Of a stretch of 64,000 nt of DNA, positions 53,280 through 64,000 are shown one piece after another. The stretch covers positions 14,818,001-14,882,000 of the forward strand of contig JAQFVV010000008.1 of the NCBI GenBank assembly GCA_028023455.1, given 5' to 3'. The notes beneath the pieces were generated by a model, which worked only from the letters and a program-made list of their open reading frames with translations, searched no databases and had not been told where the DNA came from. This stretch comes from Epiperipatus broadwayi (lineage: Eukaryota > Animalia > Onychophora). The stretch's first letter is position 1. Each line of letters begins with the position of its first letter. A program made the translations under genes and the position numbers.

Positions 53280-55440
53280 AGCTATACTTTGTTGAGTGAT
53301 ATGAAATCTCTGGGCTGTTTGGATTCATAAGTAAAAAAGTAATAAAACGCATATATTAAAAACTTTCCTTTTTAAATACATAAGAATATTTTCATTTAAA
53401 TATTAAGGTTGGCTACCATAAACATTCCATCCCAGATTAATTCTATGATTTCCTGAAACTCAAGCCTTATGTGAAAAAAACAACCACATAATCTCTATTT
53501 ATTTTTATGCCCAAATTTTCCTATTTTAATTTACAAAATACTTCTTGCAAAACTATTGTAAAACATTTCAGAATTATGGAATCACTCTGTCTTACAACCT
53601 TCTCAATATTACTTCTGTTTGCTTGAAGGTGTGTGACGATGCCATTTTAATTGTATTTATATGTTGGACAAATTCTATCATCTAATATTAAATGTTCTTA
53701 GAACAATTTAACATCCAATTACATTCAACTGTTAGTATATACACAACATTTTGAGTGGTATTATTCTTGTCTCTTCTTCAGATGTTACTGGCATGACCAG
53801 TGGAAGTACTAGCAAAGTGCCTCATAGATAAGTATATGAAATTTCTACTGACTGCTTTCTTTGACAGGATAGTGCAGTTGGTTAAAGTTTTATCTTAAAA
53901 TTCAATATTTAAGAAATTTAAAGGTCCAGGTTCAATTTCTATGATAGTACTATCATTGATCATGCTAGTAACATCTAAAGAAGAGAGGAGAATAATATCA
54001 CTAGAAACATTCATATATACTAACCTGTGTGCTATTACTAACAGTTGAATGTAATTGGAAAATTTAAATAAAGTTAAATTTTTTTAAAGACATTCAATAT
54101 TTAATATTAGATGATGGAAATAGCCCAACATATAAATATAACTTTTCAATGTTATGTTTAAAGGAAGAATATATTCTTAGTTTAAATATACGTAGTCAAA
54201 ATTACATAGATCAATATACATAGATAGATGTACATAAATTTCATAAAGCATTATAAGGAAGACAAAATCTTATTCAGATCTGATGTTCTATGACTATCAT
54301 CTTATTTGAATTGTTCTAATGTTAATCAATCTCATAGAACTGACAATTTGATCTTTGTTTTATCGGTGGCTATATGATCTCAAAAATTTCCAATGGGATA
54401 ATCTTATCCCTTTAGGCTTATTTATTTTATCTTATTATAGAAAACATTTGAATCTTTTCTACAGTTATTCTCTCACATTTTAGACATTGTAGTATGAATG
54501 CTGGGAAAAAATCCCTAGCAAAAGAATTAGCAAGGGATAAATTAAAGTATTCTGTTTTCTGTATATTGTCAAGCATCTTAGTATCACCATGGAATCAAAT
54601 TACTACAATTTCATTTTGATAAATATTCTTTAGAATGCGACTATCTTGAGACTAAATCTTAATGACCAATGCTTTAATCACCATAGAAATGCTTACAGAA
54701 ACAAATGCCTTTTCATAATCTACAAATCTAAGGAATAATAACAACTCATATTTATTGGTTCTTTTTATAATTGCATTATAATACTAAGATATGATCCACT
54801 ATACTAAATCCACTTTTAAATTCAGATTATTCTTTTAATTAGTTAGAATCCAAAGTTCACTGAAGATGAGTTATAATAGTGTTGGTAATTATATAGAATT
54901 GATAAAGATTGATAGTTTTATAATTTCTAATATTTCTTTATCACATTCCATAAACATCTATTATTGTTGTATTCTTCCAATCATCTGGTACATTTTTATC
55001 ATTTAGACATTTGTTATATAACTTTGCCAACAATTTTTTTATTTCTTCACCTGCTTCTTTTAACATATCAATAATAATGCCATCATTTTCTGGAGCATTT
55101 CCCTTTCTTATAGATTTAATTGCATGTCTCATTTCTTTATTCAAAGTGATGGAAAATTCAGAAAATCTGATATCTGCAAAGGATATTTTTATTTTCATTA
55201 TTATATAATTCTGTAAAGAACTCTTCCACATGTTATATGATGTCATCTCTTTTTAGTAATAGTTCCATCTTTTCTTCTTATCGAAGAAACAAGTTTCCTT
55301 CCTTTAGCAATATACTGTTTTACACTTTTAAGACTTTTATTCTTTTCTATAGTTTTCTTTATCAATTCACAATTGTATTTTCTTATATCATTAGTAATTC
55401 TTTTTCATACCATTTATAAAACACTAGATGTTAAATTCTT
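53280..55440 (-). mobile_element. RTE-like LINE remnant (linker plus reverse transcriptase)
   Basis: AIKSIRKGNAPENDGI..MLK..LYNKCL..VPDDWKN; FVDYEKAF; RTE-type linker near 55250-55440; 3' boundary approximate. Confidence 0.8.
53864..54134 (+). mobile_element. Family E repeat, second, more decayed copy
   Basis: Colinear with 11245-11532; ribozyme core degenerate (CTAAAGA..GAAAC-ATT). Confidence 0.65.
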
Positions 55441-56381
55441 CTTAATGGATCATTTTACAAACTTTTTATACTCTTTATATATATACCAAAATTATCCCAA
55501 ATCCAAAACTCAACCAGACTTGCCAAGAAAGTAAAATCTAAAACACAACCAATAGTTTCACTGCTGCAAGCAGACTTCTCAAATGTAAAAAACTGCAAAA
55601 CAACAGCATATTTATATTAAACATTCCCCACAATTCCATTTACTTCACATCCATTCTTAATATTAAAAAATTTTTTAAATAATTTAATTGCTTCTGAATT
55701 ATAAATTTTTAATAATAAAGATTTTTTTAATACTTTTTATTTCATTTCTCTCAAAAAAGACAAGGAATGGTCTTCCTATCAAAAATTTCCTTTGTATTAT
55801 TTAATAAATTATTCAATGTAATACTCCTTTTCCAAGTAATTTTCTTATTTCCAAACAAATTACTATTTTTACATACAATTTTATAAGAAGACAATTTAAA
55901 TGGCAAAGAAATAAAATCATATTTTTCTTTATCCTTTACATCATTACACATATTACTATTAAATAAAATACTTTTAATAAATTTATCAGCTGTAGCCAAC
56001 ACTCAAATAATCTTTATAAAATTTCTTGGCAAATCTGATTGAGTTTTGAATTTGGGATAACTTTGATTATTTATTGACTAGTTTAGCTTTATGCTTTTAA
56101 TGTTTATATATATACATATTGTCTTAATACTAATTTAATGGTAAGTAGATACTTTTTTTAATACCAACTATCTTTCTTACAGTTCTTAATAGGATATTAG
56201 TTATCTTCTTATTGATTTCAGTTAAATATGAGTGATCTCCAAAATCTGTTAATATTTTAAAATAATTTACAAGTTCTAATTAAAATTCAATGGAATGTTT
56301 TTGAAAGTTTGAATACTGACTTTCCTAATACTTTTTGTCTCTTTAGTTTTGCATTAAAATGTATCTTACATCCCATTAGTT

Positions 56382-58775
56382 TAGGGGTGGGCAATTGTTT
56401 AGACTCAGAGGCCACTTTGTGGAAGCAGAGATTAGCAGAGGGCTTCACCTTTTAAAATAATTGCATTCATTAGTTAACTTTGCATTTCAGAAATGGTATA
56501 AATTGTAGCATAAAAATCAATAAATATAAATTGAATAAAATAGTGGCAGTTTTATCCAATTTATGTATTGTGTTAATTTCATATCATCTGTAGCTGCAAG
56601 CACATTTAATTTTAGAATCAGTTTAATGAAACAAATGCACCCTAAAACACTTTTCTATATTTTTTTTTAAAAATCAGGAGTGAAATTGCTTGTTGAGATT
56701 CTCATCACAGTCTGCAAGTTAATGTCTGTCAAAAATTATCTTTATTTACTCTTGTTAACCTTCAAACAAGAAAAACTTTGCTCACAAATATATGTAGACC
56801 CAAATATAAAGCACATTTTCCCAGCAAATTTCTTCATATATGGAAATTTTTCAGCAGACAAAGATTTGTAAAAGTCAACTAATGTCACAGAATTAAACAT
56901 TTCTTTCACAGTCTGATCTGACTGCATGTCAATAAGTTCAAGCTGCAGCTGCTCAGGTGCTGTGTCAATATCAGCAGTGATGGGATAAGAGAGCAAATTG
57001 AATTTAAGCTCAATTTTCTTAAAGTCCTGAAATTTTCTTGTGACATCATCCTCCAAACCCTGCAGATGATCCCTAATCTTAGCAAAAACACTTTCAGGCA
57101 CTTTCTTGTTTTTCTAATAAAAGAAAATGACAAAAATTGTGTTCATCTGCTTGCCTTGCAAATATACCTATTTTTGCTTTGAATGATTTTACATGCATCC
57201 ACATTTCATATGCAAACAACCCTTTCTCTGCAATGTCACATTTGGTTCATTCAATTTCTCAAAGACATCAGCTGCAAATACCACCACATATCTCCACTCC
57301 TCACATCATATTTTTGTAACAAAATCATGAGATATCTCCTTTGTGTCTAGAAATTAGAGGATTTCATTATGCAATGCCCAGACTCTTTTTATCACTTTGC
57401 CTAGGTTCAACCACCTCAAACTGTTGTGGTAAATTACATCTTCATACTCTGCCTCCACATCATCAAGAAAAGATTTAAACTATTGATGGTGGAATGCCCT
57501 TGCTCTGATTGTGTTCACCACATTAACAATATGATCTATTACATGCTTTAAGTCCAGTGCAGCTTTACAAAGTCTCTCCTGATGCAAAATGCAATAAAAG
57601 ACCAGATTAAAGCTTAACCATACCTATATTTTTTCCACTGAAATCTCTGGTCCCATCTGTTGCAATGCTTGCCATTTTGTTCCAGGACAAGTCACTTTTC
57701 TTTACACAATTCACAGCACACTCAAGCAATTCCTGACTAGTGGTTCTATCTTTCATTGATCATAGGTCAAGTGATTCCTCTGTGATGATGAAATTTTTAT
57801 TAATTCCATGGATAAAGATGAGTAATTGTGCAGGGTCTTCATTATCTATGCTGTCATCCAGTGCCAAATAAAACCAAACAAAATCTTTCCTAGCAGTCTT
57901 CTTCTGTTCTGTGAGTTCATCACTAATTGAGTCAATGCACCACACTATAATTCTTCTTGACAATGAAATGCTTTTAAATTTGCTTCTTACATCAGGACAC
58001 AATACATTTGCACATTCTACCATAGACTGCTTAATAAACTTGACTTCTGAAAAAGGCATGTTGTGTTTAGCAAGTTTGTAAGCTACCATGAAACTTGCCT
58101 CTGTAGTGCCATTTTGAATTGTTGATTGCTTTGTAAATAATGTTTGTTGCTTCTTCAGTCTTTTCATATATTGCACTGCTTTTATTTTGTGTTCTTTCTT
58201 AGAAAGTTTGCAGCCTAATTTGCTATGTTTTGTTTCATAGTGTTATTTCAGATTGTACTTCTTAAATATGGCTATTGCTAATGTTATATATAGAGTAAGT
58301 TAAAAACAAACCCTTAACAAGCTTCAAAAATACCCTCAACCTCAGACCGTGGTTTCTGCCTCTAGCGTCATCAATTTAATGGCTATTGCTTCATGACACA
58401 ATAAACACACTGCTTTATTCCCTGTATTATCAAAAAATATTTGTTTGTCCATTCTTCATTAAACACATGACATTCATCAATGATTTTATGTTTTTTCAGA
58501 GGGTTCATGGTTTCATTAAAGTTGGAAATTTATATATTTACTGTTGCAAAGAAAAAATTGAAATTAACCAGATCATTCAGAAAAGCACTGCACATCATAT
58601 CTACACTGCGCATGTATACTGACATGGCCATCCTAGTGGAAAATAAGAGACAAATCTTTAGTCATGCACAGGAAGGAAATCTCAGTTCAAGGCAGATTTT
58701 TTTGACTATCTTGGCAGTCCACAAAAACTCTTACTGTGCCACATGTGGCCTGTCAGCTGCTATTTTCCCACCCTG
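56382..58775 (-). mobile_element. hAT DNA transposon (Charlie/SPIN-like), decayed
   Basis: Imperfect TIRs TAGGGGTGGGCAA / rc CAGGGTGGGAAA; flanking 8-mers CATTAGTT / GACTAGTG (5 of 8 match); transposase fragments inside. Confidence 0.8.
56670..58320 (-). pseudogene. hAT transposase (GTF2IRD2/ZBED5-like), frameshifted
   Basis: KKYNLK*HYETKH, YLALDDSID, YCILHQE.LC, WLNLGKV, GSTYICEQSFS. Confidence 0.85.
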
Positions 58776-59049
58776 GACTAGTGGATGATCACTTTTTTCA
58801 ATCTATTAGTACAGTCTTAATATATATCCCTTCACTAATGAGAGCAAATCAGCTTGAAAACAGCTGATCTGAGGGCGGAGCAAAATGAAAGAGACAGTGA
58901 ATATTGACTCTGATGTTTATGTAAACAAATACGCTTGTTTGGAGGTCTTGATAAAGCTCCATCTATTGATCATTAATACAAGCGATAACAGATTTTTACG
59001 TATTTAAAACTTGTTTTGTTTTTCATATATATATATATGTTAATCAAAA

Positions 59050-59750
59050 TATAATTCAATTCTGCTATATCTTTATTTGGATGCTTGCATATCCATTTCC
59101 ATTTTAGAATTTTTTTTCTTTTTTAAATCACAGTATATACTTTTTCTATTAATTTCACAAGCCTTTTCTCATTTCTAACACCATAATCAAATTTAACCAA
59201 ATTTTTATTTTACAATCATTAATGATTCTATTTAGCATTAAAATTTCCTATGACAATCTAAAAATGTAGTTTAGTCTTATCAAAAGCATTTTGTATATCC
59301 ATACAAAAATTCTCTACTTCTGCATTATAATGAAAACTTGTTGGGGGCTTGAATTATCTACATTTTCCATTAATTTAAACAACTAATCTTGATACTCTAT
59401 CTGATATACCATCAAATTCCACACCACTTGTGTTTCCAATATTTGTGCCTTTGTAGTAAAATACATATCAGCTTTTAAAATCAATTGCCTCTTCATGTTT
59501 ATTTCTAACTTCAGAGAAGCAACAATGTCCATTTAATATTAGATAGTTCTTCATCCATTTCATGCAATCTTTCTTTACTTGAAACTAATCTGCAATCGTA
59601 GATACATATATAAGAGGTCATTATTTAATGAGGGTCTGAGTCCATAATCAAAGAATTCTTAGCATTCTTCTTCTTGCCTTATCTAGTGACATTACAACCT
59701 TCTGTGAATAGTTTTGTCTCTCATGATTGTAAATATCTATTTAAAAATGA
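59050..59750 (-). pseudogene. RTE-like APE endonuclease remnant
   Basis: GVEF-, IIQAP- and KFDYGVRNE-like fragments resembling RTE APE motifs. Confidence 0.5.
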
Positions 59751-60411
59751 TCATTCACACTCATAGCCATCCATCTTCCAAAAAAACTCAATTGATATTT
59801 CAATTAAAAATTTTAACCATTATATTTTTTGATCTTAAAGTCAGAGTTAAAAAGCTAATACATTTACCAAGGCTGACATATGCATATGGGGAGCGGCTCA
59901 CCCATGTTTATTTATTATATGTATAATCACATAATAATAACTGCTACAATAATAAGAACATATAGAGTGAACATTAGGAATTTATCCTGCTCAAATTTTT
60001 ATGGCCTTTAACTTTCATTTAACAGCAACTCCTTTCTATATTCTCTTGTATTGTTATTGTTCTAATGTTTGAGTTTTTAAGTATTTATCACTGCTAGTGC
60101 TAATAAATTTGAAACTAGAGAAAATATCCACGTCTTTTTGCAGCATGTTCTTTTAATAATGTTGTAGACTAGATTATAACAATCTAAGAAATAATATATA
60201 AATAATGTATTAAATTTTGTGATTCCAGTGTTGCAAGGCAATTCTGATAATTTGCCTATTGCCAAAAACTATTTTTATTTATTTATTAAATTCTCACCTT
60301 AAAGAATTAGAAGTTCATGGAAAAAAACAATAACTCAAGATGTTACTGTGAAATTACATGAAAATGTTATAGTATTAAATATGACTAATCTTTCTTATTG
60401 TATTGCCAAAA

Positions 60412-60685
60412 GTATATCATATAATATTAAATCATCCATGCACTTTACTACTGTTACACAATGCTTTACAGTTTATAGTTTCAATTGCTCCAGAAATCTT
60501 CTTCAGAACTTTTATATCTTCTAACTTAAACTGCTAAAAAATTTGAAAAATTTGAATTTAGCAGTTGAAGGTAATAAAAGTTCTGAAGAAGATTTCTGGG
60601 GCAATCAAAACTGTAAATTGTAAAAGAGGGTGGTAAATAAAGCATTGTGTAATAAAGTGCATGGATGTTTTAGTATTATATGAGT
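60412..60685. mobile_element. Family D palindromic repeat, second copy
   Basis: Arms centred near 60545; AAAAGTT-CTGAAGA-A-GATTTC-TGGG-GCAATC-AAAAC-T-GTA-AATT on plus, related motif on minus. Confidence 0.65.
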
Positions 60686-63600
60686 ATTAAATATGAAAAA
60701 AATTTCCAGCTGCAATGATAAAAAACTATGGAATGGTTATTAAAATTTGCCTTGCTTAATTCCTTTAAGGCCCAGAAATAAATAAGCATTAAAAAAAAAC
60801 TATGCAAAAGGAATAAAGCCAAATAAAATTTTTATTTCAATCAGCTTAGGGTATTTCTTTCAGTTAGTTCCTCCATAATCAATCAACTAATCATTCAACA
60901 TTAATCAGTAAATGGGTTTTTAGTTATTTTTAATTAAAGGCTAAAACAGGACTAAAATTTACAAAAATATTCAAAGCGGCATCACCAAGCTTGTGAGTAA
61001 TGTGTTCTTCACTACTCCTTTATGAGGTGCAGTGTGCTATTTAAGGCCTGTTTTACCGTTACCATATTTATGTTTTAAAAAATCTTGAATCAAATCTTAG
61101 CAATTATTTTTTTTTAGTTTAAAAAAGTGTATATCAATTTATTCACTGCACAACTTTCTATCTTATCTTTACTTCAGGAATATTAAGTTTATTTACATTA
61201 GTAGCTAACTTTTTATTTTATGATTTTAATTTTCTTTGATAATCTCATCATCTTTACTATTGTTGTCAAAAATAATAAATATATTAATTCATTGTTGCTG
61301 ATTATTCTAGAGTAACTCAACTTTCTACTGCTAAATGATGTTAGAAAGTATAATATAAATGACGGTATTATTAATTTTAAAGCAATATTTTACTAAAAAA
61401 AAACTATGTTAATTAAATGTTACATAGCTAAATATACTACTTCTATATCCTCCTATCCCTAATATAAACGTATATTACTATTATATCCGAGATAGATTTC
61501 ATAAGACGAACTTATCCTTTGGGCTTTTTCTTTTGATTCTCAACTTGAAACAATTTCAATATTAAAATTAAAAGTGAATGTTTTTTTTTACTGACGAAAT
61601 AATTTTATGCTAATTCATTCTATAATAAAAATTAATATCCAGCAATAGAAACAATGATGAGTGAAATTATATACAATTTGATAAATAATTTATTTACCAA
61701 TTTGTATTACATAATTGAAGTTAGCATTGAAATTTTATTTAAACATAAAGTGTAATCTGTTTTATATCAAATCACACAAGGTTTTAAAATTGGGAAGCAT
61801 TTTTTAAACAACTTATTTGTCTTCTTATTAGTTAAATAAATTTATTTTTTATAAAATTTATATTGTTCTAATAACTCAATGTCTTGGTACTTTAGCACAG
61901 TAGCAAAATAGTAGATTTGTGAGCTACTATTTCTGAACTGAAGCTTATCTCTTACTTCTGATGCTTTGTTATTACTCCATCTCCTTCCTGAGTAGTTTTA
62001 AAAATAAATTTTAATTGTGGAATGTTAAAAGGAAAATTATTATTATTAAAAAACAAAAATTAATGCATGATTTATATAAGTAATAGCTCAAAAAAGAAAA
62101 TTTGACAATTCATATGTTTATATATTGTTATATTTTAATATTAACACAGTAATATACAAAGTAATGCTAAAACAACTGCAATATTATATTGTTACATTGT
62201 TGTTTTTTATTGCTACATTAAGATTAAGTAAGACAATCATTTTAACAAATGAATCTAGTTAGATCCATTTGAGAGTCAAAGGTATTATCTCATGTTTTGT
62301 TTAGAGTAGTTCTAGTATCATAAGATTTCATTGGTAGGCGCATAATTAATAAATATGTTAGTTTACTAATAAAAATATTTTAGATTCACATCTTTTTGAA
62401 TATTTTATAAAAGATGTGAATATAAAATATTTTTATTGTTAAAATAAGTTTTGATAAATTTAAAAAAAAACTTAAAATTTCTATTGAAATTAATAACTTC
62501 CATCCAATTTTTATGTATCAATTTTAAAGCTGTCTAACTTTCATCTTAAAGTCACATGTTATATTGTCTTTGTTGAAAAAAAGACAAGTTCTTTGTTTGA
62601 AAATTGGTAGACTATCTAAGTAACGGAGAACTATAATCAAACAATAACATTTGGTTATTATGGCATCTCAGTTTGAAAGCTTCATCATACAATTTACTGA
62701 TTACTTACATTATTAATATTTATTAAAATTGTTTACCGGCAAACAGAAATGACTTAATGGTCACATTTGATCGTTATATTTGCAGTTCTTGAGAACAATT
62801 GGTATAAAACAAGTAAATCTTGGATGACGAAAGTATTGTCATTTGTTGGATTTTAAAATTTAAATGTATATGTTTATTAATCCGAATATATATATATGTT
62901 TGCAGACTTATATACAAAGTGTAGCCATTTGATGAATTTGGAAATTTAAATTTATATATGCTTGTTAATCTGAATATAAGTTTACATGTACGTTTGGCAA
63001 GCTTGTATACATTAATGATAATTTATTTATAATGTTGAGAATTATCATTGACTAATTGTTTTTAAAACTAATGTGTAGCTGAAAACTTATAAAAAGATCA
63101 GCAATTGACTTAAGCCACCATTGTTAGTTTATTTCAATTGACAAATGTGAATAATAAAAAAAAAAACCGCACATATGTATAATTCTACGTTTACAAATGA
63201 CAATTTGAAATTGGAAAGAGCGACATCTAGTCATTGAAATATATGACTTATAAAAGCTTTATAAATCATACAATAAAATACTGTACTATCATAAAATTAA
63301 AATAATTTTTATGTTATATTAATAATAATAACACGTAGAATTTACTTTATAACATTAAGATTGATATTATACATTCAGAAAAGCAGTTAAACACATTTAT
63401 ATTATGAATAATACAATTATTTAATTTTATTAAGTTCAAGTTATTATATTCTTAAAACATTGATAATGAAACGTCATTTTTAATTGTAATTATAAAGTAA
63501 ATAAACTATTATAAACTCTTAAAAATAAGCAGGCATTGTATGCAAATTTAACGGTCTGCAAATTTAATTACTAGACTCCCAAATCATGGCTTAAAAAAAA

Positions 63601-64000
63601 AACAGCTTTAAAACAAAAAACTGTTTATTTATGAAAATAATTTAATTACTTTAATATATATATCTCTACACTATTATTTGGTAATCTTTTTATATTGTAA
63701 ATGCGCTAATATTGATGTCAACAGTTGGATTTATTTTGTCGAAAATTAGATAATTAGATCATGACACCAGATAGCAATGCCTTTAAATTTCAACATGGAT
63801 AAGGAATTGCTCATTCTTTGAGAAAATGTATTCTTGTATGCTAAAAATAAGGGAAACCTAAAAGTATTTGTGAATCTTATGCAAAAATGAGTTTTAAAAT
63901 GGGGATTAAATTTAGTGAAGAAAAATAAAAAATAATACTAAGAAAGAGGAGAGTTTTTAAAGATATATAATTATGAAGGAAGTAAATAGATATAATTATG

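Noticed and set aside
63217-63235. GCGACATCTAGT, CTCF-like motif
   Set aside because: Partial match only; expected by chance in 64 kb.

Overview
AT-rich, repeat-dense eukaryotic (probably invertebrate) genomic DNA with a 500-N scaffold gap. I could not support any intact host protein-coding gene. Most of the supplied ORFs are spurious or are fragments of decayed transposons: three L1/Tx1-like LINEs, RTE-like LINE remnants, a Charlie/SPIN-type hAT transposon and a Penelope-like GIY-YIG endonuclease remnant. The main signal is non-coding. At least five distinct repeat families (my labels A-E) carry type I hammerhead ribozyme motifs. Families A and B are ~460-480-bp units whose tail runs into their head, as in retrozymes. 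Families A-D insert mostly as head-to-head fold-backs, several flanked by 13-16-bp target-site duplications (TSDs). The youngest copy (19781-20855) is an apparently perfect palindrome of a 466-bp monomer. It carries a hammerhead on each strand, with an unusual extra A on both sides of stem II. All structures and alignments were read by eye, none computed, and ribozyme activity is untested.
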